Shown here piece after piece: positions 31,341 to 45,206 of a stretch of 64,000 nt of DNA. The translations under genes and the position numbers were made by a program. The stretch is taken from positions 4,216,001-4,280,000 of the forward strand of contig CP075496.1 of assembly GCA_021613535.1 (NCBI GenBank), written 5' to 3'. Every line of letters begins with the position of its first letter. Position 1 is the stretch's first letter. The DNA is from Adineta vaga. Lineage: Eukaryota > Animalia > Rotifera. Below the pieces are notes generated by a model. It was not told the origin of the DNA. It did no database searches and saw only the letters and a program-made list of their open reading frames with translations.

Positions 31341-31544
31341 AATAAATTATAACGTTTTAGATTATCTTTCCGATATGTTTAGAGTGTGATCTGAATTCCT
31401 TTTTATTATTATTAGCCATGAGATTTATTCGAGAAAATAAGTGTATTGTTGTCAGTTTTGATAATGTGCATTTCACCCTTTTATTTGCAATAAATACGTT
31501 CGTTTATTATATAAAAAATAGACAAATAGGAATCGTTATAGTGA

Positions 31545-34500
31545 TTATGAAAAACAAACAGGTCCGATTTGAATATCAAAATTATCATTGAAATTAAATA
31601 GATTAAGGAATTCTATATCCACAATTGGTAGACGTACAGCTTTATTTGTTATAATTGATAGAATTGTTTGACCATAATAATTCTAAATTGAGAAGAAAAC
31701 ACAAAGCAATTTGAAAGAATAAATTCATGTTTTTAGGAAAAACGTACTTTGCATTCATCTTTAATAATATCATATCTCAATGAATGATCATTGATTGGAT
31801 ATACTTGATAGGTCATTCCGTTCTTTGTTCGTAATTTAATCTCCTGATTCATTGGATCAATGATTGTATTTCGACAATTGAATGTGATATTTTGTGAACC
31901 TTGTTCGGAAAGCATACGAAGAAAACGTAATTGAATCGTTTCAATATTGTAATGGATCTAATAATAAAGTTGAAAAGAAGACTCAAACGAATAATATTGT
32001 TTCATTATACTTCGACTTCTTGTAAGAGATCACTCATTAATTGTGTACGTTTCCCATGCACGTTAGGTGTTTGTAAAAACATATTTGATTGAATGAAACC
32101 AACTGTTGAATTTATACATGTTAATCGTTCGGTAAGCTTACAGTAAACAAGTACTGCATCATTTTTTGAACCTTCGTTAGGATCAATAAAATAAAGACCT
32201 AGCAGAGAAGAAAGATATTTTTCGTGAAAAACGATGGCATGTATAAAAAAAAGAGTTTTACCGTTAGGTTTTTCAGGATAATAATCAGCAATATCTCGAC
32301 AACTGCGAGCTGGATACATTTCACTACCATCGGGTTTAGTTTTTAGGGTAATTCGATTCGATATATGTTTTAGATCGTCAAGAAATTTTGAAGCAACTTG
32401 TAAAGGATCTTTAATGTCCTGATAAGGATTTGGAGAATTAAAGTATCTGAATCTGTCTGATGGGATATTGTATAGTTGTCCTATTTGAGTACTAGTTGCA
32501 AATAGATTCATTAGACTTGTGGCAGTCAATTTCGAAGGTGATGCACTGGAAGGTCCAGGTGGACCAGGTGGTCCAGCAACTCCACCATCACCTATAAGAA
32601 CAAACGATATATAAATATATATATATTGAATGAACGAATATCGAAATCTTTGTTTGACATACCACGAGCTCCTCGTTGACCTGGATTACCACGACTGCCT
32701 GCAGCACCTATACATATAGTAGATTTGTATAACACATTATTACTTTGTAAAGTTGTCTTACCGTCTTCTCCTGGTGGTCCGATCTAAATAAATTGTATGA
32801 GAAAAGAACAAAACTTAGAATTAGTGCAGGTTTGATCAAATTTTCATCTTACATTTCCTGAGAGACCATCATCCCCTTTTAATCCAGCTTCACCTTGTAA
32901 GCCTATTGGACCTCTAGAAGATATTTTATATAAATGAAAACAATGTTTGCTTTTTTTTATCTCTTCAGAAATCTGACCTGCTTCCACGATTACCACGGCC
33001 ACCTTTTTCACCTACATTACCTGCAGGACCACGAGCTCCGGCGAGTCCAGGTAAACCAATTGATCCATTGAGACCCTAATAGTGAAATATAATTATGTAT
33101 ACTACACGCTTCAACGAATGACTTACTTTAACACCAGTAATACCTTGCTCACCAAAAATACCCTTAGTACCACCTTGAAAAGACAGATAGAGGGAGAAAG
33201 AGAGAAGAAAACAAGTGTTTCAAGATATTATACAAGCAATTGTGTCACTTACGCGAGCCTTTATCACCAGTTGGACCTTTTAGGCCAGTTATACCCTTTT
33301 TTCCCACCACGCCCTACAAATGATTTTAGAGAAAATGAATTTCTATCAGGGAAACACGTTTGTAATTCATGAATATTAATATACCTTTATTCCTTTGATT
33401 CCTGTGTCCTGCAATAATAATAGCATTACATCAAAGAAAAATAAAATAATATCTGATTGTAATCGATGAAGTACTTACACCTTTGATGCCAGATATACCG
33501 TTAGAGCCAACTGGACCTTGTATACCCTTTTCACCAATGGGTCCAATATCTCCTTTCACACCTTGGTCACCTTTTGGACCAATTGGACCACGTTTCCCTT
33601 TTTGACCTTTCTGACCAGTTATTCCAAATAATCCTTTTTGGCCTAAAGAATAATTTAAAAAAAAACCAGTTTTCATTAAACCACTAGATAACGAAAACTA
33701 ACCTTCAATGCCTTTTTGTCCTAAATCGCCAACAATACCCTTCTCTCCTTTTGATCCATTGAAACCGACGTCACCGAGTGGCCCTTTTGGCCCTATATTG
33801 CCTTGCAATCCTACAGGTCCTTGTGGACCTTGATCACCCATAATTCCTTTGCATATATAGAATAAATAAATAAGTTATACTTGTCAAGAAAATCGTATAC
33901 CTTTTGGTCCAGTTTCACCAATGTTACCTTTCGAACCCACCTATTATTAATCTGTTTATTATACAGTATTAAAATAATAATTGAATACTTACGTCTCCCT
34001 GAAAAAAAGATTCATTTAGTATCAATCGAAATAAAACGTTTTTCGTTCTTACTTTTCGTCCAAGATCACCGGTAATTCCTTTCGAACCTTGTTCACCCTT
34101 TGGTCCTAAAAATTAAATACACATTGAATGATACAGTGTATCGAACGCTATTTACCTAATAAACCAATATCACCTTCTGGACCTCGATTGCCTGTATCTC
34201 CTTTAATTCCCTACGAAGAATCTACGGATACTAAATATTTTACATTACATGAAAAGCGATACTTTCAAGCCAACATGACCAGTGGGGCCTCTAAAGAAGA
34301 ATCGTTATGTTTTGATGACACGATAATACATATCAAATAAAATCTCACCGTTCTCCTTTGTTACCGACGATACCAGTCACACCTGTAAACATGAGGAAAA
34401 CTTTGCAATTGAAAATAGTTGTTCATGTTTAAGTAGATACCTTGTGGACCACGTATACCCTACAGATAAAATAAAGAGATATCTCAGTCAAATGCAAAGA

Positions 34501-37500
34501 CATATAGAATATCATATTTCCACTCACTTGTATACCTTGTACACCTTTATTACCGATAATTCCACGATCACCCCGTTCTCCTTTGTATCCACGGATACCC
34601 ATAGCACCTTGTATACCTTTTAAGCCAGTTACTCCGATTGGTCCTTGAACACCCTGAATTATTCCAATAAAAGTATGTTTCACGTCAAAAAAATCCTTTT
34701 GTTTATAATTACTTCTGGCCCAATTTCTCCGATCATTCCTAATTCACCTTTTATGCCCTTATAACCTTTACGACCCTAGAAAATAAAACACGGATTTTTC
34801 GTGAATATAGCGTGACGAAATGAGAAATTATTTCTGTGAGAAAAATAGTGAGTTTATTGATACTTTACATGATTTCCCATCGGTCCTTCTACACCTTGTT
34901 CACCATCATTTCCATCTGGTCCATAAAAACCTCTGTTCCCTTTCTCGCCAACAATTCCCTTGCCACCTTGATCCCCTGTAGAACGATAAGTATATAAATC
35001 GCATTTGATGCTACAAAAAAACAAACAAAGTATCCGACCTTTTTCACCTTGTTCGCCTATGGGACCTTGTTTTCCATTATAACCACGTACACCAGTAGGA
35101 CCATGCGTTCCTTGTGGACCTCTATATCAATATTTTTATCATATAGTCTTGCATTCATAATTAAACAAAGTTTCTTACTGAGAACCTTTATCACCTTTAT
35201 TACCCTATTTCAAAATAGCGAAGATTTCAGTCAAATCTTTTATAATAAAAAGGAATTTGTTGTTACCTTTTCGCCTCGTGGACCCATTATTCCTTCAGCA
35301 CCACTATTAGAAAATAGTATTGGAATGATACACAAAGAAAGAATTTCAAAACTTACGGAACACCTGTAATTCCTTTTTCACCTATTGGTCCAACATTACC
35401 TTTGTTTCCTTTAGTACCCTTCTTTCCCTAGGATGAAAACCATTTCAGTGATACATATTTTGATGAGAAATCAATACTCACTTTATTTCCAAGTAGACCA
35501 ACATCACCTTCGTCGCCTTTAAAACCTCGGACACCTTTGTATCCTACGGGACCTTGATTTCCATTCGGACCTTGTTGTCCTTTAAAACCAATCTAAATAA
35601 AACGATGTTGTAGACAGACAGATGACCGAATATTATAACCATTTGATAGAAAATGTTGAAATTCACTTACTTCTCCACGAGCACCTTGCCATCCTTGTGA
35701 ACCATTTACTCCTTTGTTTCCAAGTTCACCTTTACGACCGATGGGGCCAATATGACCCTAAGTGATTATATATCATGAAGTGTGGAAATGATATGTTAAA
35801 AGAATCCTTACTGGTTGACCAATATCACCTGGAATTCCAACAGATCCTCGTACACCTGGTTTACCTCTTCGACCCTAACCAAATATTATAGATATAAAGA
35901 ACAATCGTGCTTATTGACTTACCATTGGTCCTTGCTCTCCTAGTTCACCTTTCATACCTCGTTCACCTTTTCCACCTTTTTGACCTGTAGCACCTACTTC
36001 ACCCACTGTAATTACCGATAAGTAATTATGCTCATATATAACATATAATATAACACAATAATTACTTACCTAGACCAGCTGAACCCTTTTCACCTAGAAA
36101 CATTCAAATCAATTTTCTATCTTCATATGAGTCCATCATACAAATTTACCTTTTGCCCCTCGATTACCCTTAACACCAATTGGACCAATTCTTCCTGGAA
36201 GACCAATCTTACCGTCTGGTCCATATTCCCCTTCTTCTCCAAGATCGCCCTTTTCTCCTTCTCGACCTATTTTACCTAGCTGTCCTTTTTCTCCAATTAT
36301 ACCCTAGAAAAATGAGTTTCTCAATTATTATGCAAAACTACATAGATATTCTTACTGCTTCGCCTAAATGTAAAAATGAAATTTTTATAAAAAAGAATAT
36401 GATTTGAACTTTGATATAAGACAAAACACACACCTTTGATACCAGCAATGCCTGGCATACCAATGGAACCAGTCTCGCCCTAGAGATTATAATAGAAACT
36501 ATTCTATCAAATAGTAATTTAACTAACCTGAATGCCTTTGATACCTTTTTCTCCTTTTCTTCCAACTTTTCCAATCCATCCCTGGCGATGTTAAAGATTT
36601 CATAGATCATTATTAAAAATAGAAATGGTAGGAACATACTTTTCGCCCATGACGTCCTCGATCCATTCAAACCTGGTGCGCCAGCAATTCCCTATGATAA
36701 AAATAAACAAGTGGAGGATAAAACTAAAGGACTCTTGCCAATCTAACGTACTGGTATGCCTCGATCTCCAGGTACACCATAATCACCTATTGGACCCGGT
36801 GAACCCTTAAAATACATATATAAATACATGTAAAAGCATATGAATTCGATTATTTACATACCGATAAACCTGGTGTGCCCTCTGGACCGGCTGAAGAAAG
36901 CGAATATTTTATTTTTGGATAAAAATAATGACATGTATTTTCAATATTTTTTTCTTACGTTTTCCAGGCATGCCAGCTGGTAGTTGAGCATAAGAAATAT
37001 ACGGTGATGAAGATATCAATGGATTTCGACCTCTGAAAAATTGTGAAGGATTATAAACATGCGTCAATAGATGACGTTGAATCATAGTACGAATGTCTTC
37101 AATTCGATGTCTTTCAATACCATCACTAATCTAAATGTATAGAAAAACAAAGACAAATAATTATTTAAAGAAACTGATTGCATCATTTAAAGACAATACT
37201 CCTGAATCAATTGATTCTGAAAATAATCCAGTAGGACCTGATGCACCAGGAGCGCCTGGCATACCATCAGTGCCAGGTAGACCTACAAATGAAAAAGAGA
37301 ACTACAGCGTACAATTAATATAAACAAGTAACTAATACCTTTATGTCCAGGAACCCAATAGACTGCGGGTGTTGTTGACATTGTTGATGTTGTAGTTTCA
37401 ATTGTAGGACTTTCAATGGTAGATGATTGTACACTCGCTGGTAAAAATCGAGGCGTTGTTGTTGATGTTTTTCGTCGAGAACTTCGAGCCGTAGTATATC

Positions 37501-38812
37501 TTCTGGTTGATAATGATGGACGTTTCGACTTAGTTTTTCTTGTGCTAGAACGAACAGTAGATCTAGTAGTGCTCATTGTGGTATACATTGCAGTAGTTAG
37601 GTTCTGTTGTAACAATAGCACTGATGGTAGTAGCAGTAGTAGTCGTCGTTGTTGTTGTTGTTGGGATTGAAGTAGTAGCGAGAGTACTTGGCGTAACAAC
37701 AGCTGTCGATGTAGTCGTCGTTTTCCTGGTGCGTCTTGTACGTGGAGATGTTGTTGTAGAAGTAGTTAATTCTTCAGTAGTTAAAGTTGTAGATTCTTCG
37801 GTTGTAACAGTTGTAATTAACTCGGTTATTGTTGTTGTAGTTGGTTCTTCAGTAGTGAATGTCATCACGGTCGTAGAGACTTCCGTAGTCGTAACTGTAG
37901 GTTCTTCAGTCGTAGTTATTAAAGATTCTTCAGCAACAGTTGTGGTTGGCAATTCTGTACTACTAGTAGTTATCTCTTCCGTAGTAATAACAATAATAGG
38001 CGATTGTGTTGTTACTGTGGTCGACAATTCTGGAAGTGAGGTAGTCGATAGTTCTGGAATTAACATAGTAGTTGGTTCTGATGGTAATGTCGTAAGTAAT
38101 TCTGGAGTTGATGTCGTAGTTATTTCTAATGGTAAGGTAGAATGTACTTCAGTGGTTGTTAAAGGTAGATCTGTTGTAATTATGGTTGATTCTGTTGTGA
38201 ACACTTCTTGAGTAGTAGAATAAGTTATTTCTGTAGTCAGTGTCGATACTGTAGTAGTATCAAAACTAAGTGGTAATAAATTTGCCCATCGTTGTTTCCA
38301 ATATTCTAGTGAACAAAAATGAAATATGTTACACTTTTATCTTCATATTATCTAAGAAATGAAAAGAACATAGTCATTCTCATACCTAGCTGATCTGCAC
38401 AAACAAGACATGGACATGACGGATCATCATTGTCAACTTTTTCAGCTTCTGTGCAGTTACTCGATGCAACAACAACTTCGCAACGACTTTCACAAACAAA
38501 TGCTTGATCACTTTCACATCGACATATATCACAAAAGTTCGTCGGTGATATATATTCTTGATCGCCAACAGGAACCACTAAATGTATCGATAATGAAGTT
38601 AGCTGATTCATAATTCAATGAAAAATTGATTACATACGTCGACCATCATTTGATACACAACCAATTCTACTTTCTGGTGTTTGAGCTACGAAGGAAAACA
38701 ATAGAATAATCAAATAATCACTTTAGAAAGAAACAAACATACAATTAGCAATTGGTGCATGAATGATGGAAAAACAAAGAAATAATAAGGCATTACATTT
38801 GCCGTGAAACAT
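31545..38812 (-). CDS. Fibrillar collagen alpha chain: signal peptide, Cys-rich VWC-like domain, Thr-rich mucin-like stalk, Gly-X-Y helix, COLFI C-propeptide
   Basis: Dozens of small Gly-X-Y exons at about 32545-36890; C-propeptide PDGSEMYPARSCRDI, YFIDPNEGS, QLRFLRMLS...QNITFNC, RLPIVD, IGPVCFS*. Confidence 0.9.
37338..38306 (-). repeat. Thr/Glu/Pro-rich low-complexity exon of the collagen (TTEE-type repeats)
   Basis: Translation TTTEEPTVTTTEVSTT...TTTTTTTT in the collagen frame. Confidence 0.75.
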
Positions 38813-39937
38813 TTCGAAGTTGAAACCTATTTACATCTTATATCTAAAATAGAATATAGTGAGCAAAGTATAGATCTTAAATTACATAACAATAATAACT
38901 TATATCCGATTGACTCCAGTATAACAATGATGAATGAACACTAGTGTAGCTTTCAGTGCAAATATTATATGTATTTATATCGATTCTAAAAGTTAACTTA
39001 CTTAGTGATATATTTAACAGAAAGAATTGACCTTGAAAGAAAAATCCTTGATAAAATATTCTACTTTCTCGAAAAACAAAAGAGAAACGTTCGATATCAC
39101 TTAAACATGTCGACTATAAATAATGTCAAGACATTAGTTCAAAATATAAACGATTTTAAATACAACTAATAATGATTTTCACTAATCTAACTACAAAACT
39201 TTCTTTTCATACATATATATTCCAATCATTTCTTCCGTAGGCTTATACCACCAAGCAACAAACAATAATTTATTTCACCCACAATCTGTCGACAATGATA
39301 ATTATACTATATCTTCCATATTCTTTTTCTTTAGTATATCATTCTTGTCCGTTCTTTTCTGTACTCTAGTTGCCGAGCAAGTTATCTAATAGATCGACAG
39401 ATGGATCGATAAAATTGTACAAGTAGAACAGAGCATGTTTTTGCATAATAGAAGAATGCAGATTAACATTTTCGATCAGATAATTATTTTTCTAACAATG
39501 TTATTAGGACTAATGAATAACAAATTCTAAATTTGATCATATTTTTACAATAATATATATATAGAACCGAGATAAATATCGATACACTCGAGAATCATTC
39601 ATAATGGTATCATTTTAATTGAATGCTGGATAAGATAAAATCAAGAATAATCATCCTTAAACGGACAATATAAAAAAGATCTTGCATTAAATTAAACTCA
39701 ATGTCGAATGACATGAAATGAGAGATGGAAGAAAGAGAAAATGTAAAACTCGTTACTTCCTGATATGAAATATATCTCAAGGCTTATTTGTAGGACAAAC
39801 AACAAAAGAAAAGTCTAAGATAGCGTGTTGTTAATATCTAACTACGTAGTGCGTGACAATATTAAAAAGGATCAAATTAGATAATAGTTTCTTTTCTTTT
39901 ATTCATCATTTTACGAATAGTCAGATCATTGAAAACA

Positions 39938-41776
39938 ATGGTTGATTTTTCCAAAGGACAAATTCGACGTCGAAATTCATATGAAGAATTTAATTCCGAT
40001 ACGGATCATAAGCATAAGACAAAATTGGATCTGATACGTTTGAGTGCAATTGTATGTGGAATTGAATTTTGTTATGCAGCAGAAACAGCATTTGTTTCAC
40101 CTATCCTTCTTCAACTTGGTTTACCTATTATATTTATGACTTGGATATGGTGTTTACCACCATTGTTTGGTTTCTTTCTCGTACCTGTACTTGGTTCATT
40201 AAGTGATAAATGTCAAACACGAATTGGACGACGACGACCCTTTATTATCCTGTATTCTATTGGTATACTTTTAGGTCTTCTTCTAGTTTCGAACGGTAAA
40301 TGAATGTTAACTAAAATGAAATAACGAATTTATTGCTGAATTGATAAGTAGGTCGTCGAATTGGACAATGGTTTGGTGATATTAAAGATCCTTCATCAAA
40401 TACAACTGAATTATTCAATGAAACGATCATTGAATCTTATCCATCTATATCACATAAATTTGGTACAATGATTACCATCCTTGGAGTTGTTTTACTTGAT
40501 CTTGATTGTGATGCATGTCAAAGTCCAAGTCGCGCTTATTTACTCGATGTAACAAATGTGAATCAGCATTCTTCTGGTTTAACAACATTTACATCAATGG
40601 CTGGTCTTGGTGGTGGATTAGGTTATTTTCTCGGTGGTATTCCATGGGAGAAAACATTTCTAACTCGCCTACTTGGAGATCAGATTCATGTTTTATTTAC
40701 ACTTGTTTGGATTATTTTTATTATTTGTATGCTATTAACTATAACAGCAGCAAAAGAACCAACTACTACTGCTATCATGGCATCAAATCTTAGTCGATCA
40801 GTTTCACGACAATTTCTTATTTCATCTCATCATTCATCGATGGATATCATTGAAGAAATTGATCAATATGAACGAACAGTAGTAAAACCACGAGATCGAT
40901 ATGCATCGATATCATCAAATCATATCAAAATTTCATGTATCGATTATTTACGATCGATTATTCATATGCCATCATCATTAAAATGGCTTTGTTTAACAAA
41001 TTTTTTCTGTTGGATGTCACTTGTTTCTTATTCATTATTCTTTACAGATTTTGTAGGACAAGCTGTTTTTGGTAACTAATGAAACAATACTCTAATCACA
41101 AGAAATCTGAATTGTATATTTTAGGTGGAAATCCACGATATGAATCCAATCATCCGTTAAGAGTATTATACAATGATGGAGTTCGATTTGGTTCATGGAG
41201 TATGTCTATCTATTCAATATCGTGTTCAATTTATTCTCTTAATATTCAAAAACTTAATGATTATTTCGGTAAGTTTTGAATACTTCATCGATATTCTCTT
41301 CTGAATAATTTACACAACTAATTTCAAGGTATTAAACGAGTTTATATTGGTTCACAATTGATTTATGCCGTTGGAATGTTATTAATGGGATATTTACGTC
41401 ATCGAATTGGAGTCATTCTTCTATCAGCTGCATCTGGAATTCTCTATTCAACATTATTTACAATACCATTCTTATTGATTTCGAAATATTATGCATCGAA
41501 TACAGTATGTTTATATTTTTATTCATTTTAATTTCTAAAAGAAAAATCATATCAACTGTCGATTAGTATGGAGAATCGAATATCCATGGACAAGTTCGTG
41601 GTATTGGTACTGATGTTGCAATTGTAAGTAGTATGGTCTTCTTGGCTCAATTATGTTTATCATCAACAATGGGAATATTCATTCATCTAGCTGGTTCAAC
41701 AGTAATTATTACTATTATTGCAAGTTTATTAAGTATATGTGGAGCTATTTCAGCAACACAAGTCTCATATCTTTAA
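39938..41776 (+). CDS. SLC45-family H+/sugar symporter (sucrose transporter-like)
   Basis: GIEFCYAAETAFVSPILL, GSLSDKCQTRIGRRRPFI, DACQSPSRAYLLD, FFTDFVGQAVFGG, RGIGTDVAIVSSMVFLAQ. Confidence 0.92.
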
Positions 41777-42890
41777 GTATAATTATTATTTTACTTATCA
41801 CATTAGATAGAAATAAATAAATGTTGTTTTGTTTGATATATGTCAGCGAATTTATTACCATCAATTACTTTAATTGAAGATTAAAATATAAGATGTATGT
41901 AATCATTGATTTATAATTATTTCATGACTGATTAAAAGATATTAATTTGATTTGTGAATTAATATTACTGACAGCTTTTCGACATATGCACTAGAATTAA
42001 TGAGAATAAAAAGAGAAACTATTGATAATTTCACATGTAGGCGCCTGAATAAATAAGAAAAAAACTAGACGGTACTCGAGCTTTACTCGACCACAGAATG
42101 CGATGCGATCAGTGTTCGTTAAAATGATTCCAAACATCATTTTTTTATATCTTTTTCTCATGTATCCTATCAGCTGAAAAACATCTGTTGAACGAAGTTC
42201 GCGCCTAACTTTCCTTCTTAACAACTTGATTTTAATTATCTCACTAAATTTCAAAGTCAAAATCGTTTTTCTATGAGCTTCCTGAGTACGTATAGAACGT
42301 CACAATTAATTTCTGATAACAGATTTTTCGAGTAGAGTTTCGGTATTTTTATCTTGTCTTTGAATGAAGTTTTACTGATGTACAAATCTCGAGATCATCG
42401 CGTAACTAAATGAGGACTTAACATGCGTACGTCGAGTAAGGTTATAAAGTGAGAAGAAAAGAAAACTCGCGAAGTACTACAGTAATGCTCAGCTCATTTT
42501 TCGCATCGCATTAATTATACGAAGAATTTGTTTACGAATATCATTGATTCGATCTAATAAATAATAGTTTTATATCTGCCAAAACATGATGTTTTCATAC
42601 ATATATATCTCTTTCTCTTTCGTTTTATTTCATGTTCATCAAAAGACAATAAGGAAAAAAAAATAAAGAACAAAAAAGACAACAGAGATGAGAGAAAAAC
42701 ACAAGAAAATATTTACAAGCGATTTTTCACTTGTTGATCAATCCATTTGGGTTTTTTTTCTCAATTAAAATAATTGAGTCAACATATATTGATACTTTCT
42801 GTGATAGAGATATTCATGTTATAAAGAAAAATATAATAAAGACAAAGTAACATATACACTAGTTGTCTTAATGAAATGATCGACCTAGAT

Positions 42891-45206
42891 TTATCTAGGT
42901 TTAACAGTTAATTTGTCTCCTTTAGTAGTACGTACTGGTGAAGGTGATCGGGATTGACTTGATGAGTCACTATTCCCTGATTGTGATTCTAAAAGTACAA
43001 TAGATTGAACTATGTCAGATGTGTTACATGAATTTAACATACTTTTTTTTGGTTTTTTATCATTATCCGATTCAGATTCGGATGATGAACCAGATGATTC
43101 TGAATCTGAAGAAGATGAATCAGAACTTGATCCGGATGAGGATTTATCCGATGGTGAACGAGCTGATTTTTTATTTGTTGGAGGAGCTACTGATTTGATT
43201 TTATCATTATTCATCTTCTTTGTTGCTGGTGGGGGTGGTGGAGAAGGTGATCTTTGTCTGGATTTTAGTGGCGCTTGTACTTGCCGACGATCCTGTGGAT
43301 CATCACTCGATGAAGACGCACTTTTACGTCGCTTCTTCTCTTTGTCATTGTCTGAAAAATCATTTGACTTTTTTCGAGAGATTTTATCGTTACGTGGAGC
43401 TGTTGGACGACGCGATGGAGACGGCGAATGAGCAGAACTTCTTGATGGTGAACGTTGTTTAGATTTGGAATCAATCGGTTCTTTCGTTGGCTTTGGTGAT
43501 GTTTGCATCGATGATGATGATTCTGATGATGGTGAACGTTGTTTTGTCGGTTCCGGTTTCTTAGATTTTATTGGACTTCGACTATGTTTTGATGATGCTG
43601 ATGATGAACGTCGACGATCACGTCGATTCGATACCTGATTGTTCTTGGAATTTTCGAACCGAGCAGGACGTTTTTGATCATCGGCACTTTCACTACTTTC
43701 TGATGCAGATCGTGTAGATTTTTTATAAACATCTTTTTTCGAGTTTGATGAAACATTTGGAGAAGATTTTTTGTCATTTCGTCTAAAAGAAGTGAGTCTT
43801 TTAATATTTACTGAAAACGAAAGAATCGAACTAACCGTAATCGTGGATTAGGACTTCTTGAATATCGTCCTCGGCGATCTTTCGATGGTGGAGAAGGTGA
43901 ACGACGTTTCTTTGATGGTGGAGAAGGTGAACGACGTTTCTTTGATGGTGGAGAAGGTGAACGACGTTTCTTTGGTGGTGGAGATGGTGATCGACGTTTC
44001 TTTGATGGTGGAGATGGTGATCGACGTTTCTTTGATGGTGGAGATGGTGGTCGACGATTCTTACGCGATGGAGAAGGCGATCGACGACTTTTTGAAGGAG
44101 GTGAAGGTGATCGTCGTTTTCTTGGTGGTGGTGGTGATGGTGAAGAACGACGTTTTCTGGAAGGTGGAGATGGTGTTCGACGTTTCCTTGAGGCGGTGAA
44201 CGACGTCGTTCATTACGATCATCTGGACGTCTTCGATCACGACGATTATCATCATAATGTGATCGTGATTTATAACCAGGAGTATCTCCATTTTCATGTC
44301 GTGTTCGATTATTTGACGATGAAGCTACCGGATTACGACCATTTGATTTATCGCCATCTGTTTTGGTATCAAGACCATAAGACTCTTCTTCACGTTTACG
44401 TATTTCTCGTAAACGATCATCATCTTCCTATGAAAAGATGAATATAACAAACGATTTATACAAAAAAGGAGATGATGGTATAGATGTTCATATTCGACAA
44501 AGATTGAAACGAATAGATGAATTTCAAAATTGAATCTATGTTAAGCTTCGATCATCTTTTCTTTCGTCACCTAAATAATAACAACTGGATATTATTCTAG
44601 TTAGATAGCGTCGATAGTAACTCATACAGATCTAATTTTTTAATTAACCTAAATGCATAAGTTATTTACCTTTCGTTTTTGTAATTCTTTCTTTTTCATT
44701 TCAACCATTTCTGCTGGTATTCCATCGGGTGATGCTTGCCCACTAGCTAACAAATTCCATAGTTCTCCGATAAATAATCGAGCTTTACTTCCACCAAGAA
44801 AGCCAGTTAAATTAATTTGCATCATTTTTGGATCGGGATTCTAAACAAACAAAAAAGTAGACAATTTAATTGAACATTATGAAAAAGAAAGAAGAGCTCA
44901 TCAAACCTTTTCTTCTAATTGATTAAACACAAATTCAATAACAACATCATCTTCCACACCTAAAAAGTCTTCCAAACGTTCTTTGATCCATGGTTTTAAA
45001 ACATCTAAATTAACTTTCTTCATATCGATCTAAATAATAAAAAAAAATATATATCAATAAATTTAACGTAGAACTATTTGTAATCTACTGACTTTAACAT
45101 CGATATTTTCTGGAAATTTCATTTGTTTGAGTAATTTCTTTTGTTTATTGGCAAATCGACTATCTTGATCAGCTGATGTACCTTTAAAAAATCCCGCATC
45201 GGCCAT
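42891..45206 (-). CDS. SRRM1: Serine/arginine repetitive matrix protein 1 (PWI domain plus RS/SP-rich tail)
   Basis: MADAGFFKGTSADQDSRFANKQKKLLKQMKF, VLKPWIKERL...EDDVVIEFVFNQLE, PDPKMMQINLTGFL, then RSPSP repeats. Confidence 0.93.
43884..44200 (-). repeat. Coding tandem repeat with a 30-nt unit (KKRRSPSPPS) in SRRM1
   Basis: Plus-strand unit GATGGTGGAGAAGGTGAACGACGTTTCTTT; about 6 near-identical copies, then degenerate copies. Confidence 0.9.

Noticed and set aside
37416-38211. Val-rich plus-strand ORFs
   Set aside because: Antisense of the Thr-rich collagen exon.
43858-44441. Plus-strand ORFs with MVEKVNDVSL repeats; CRISPR-like periodicity
   Set aside because: These are antisense shadows of the SRRM1 RS/SP repeat. 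The units are contiguous with no unique spacers, there are no cas genes, and the context is eukaryotic.
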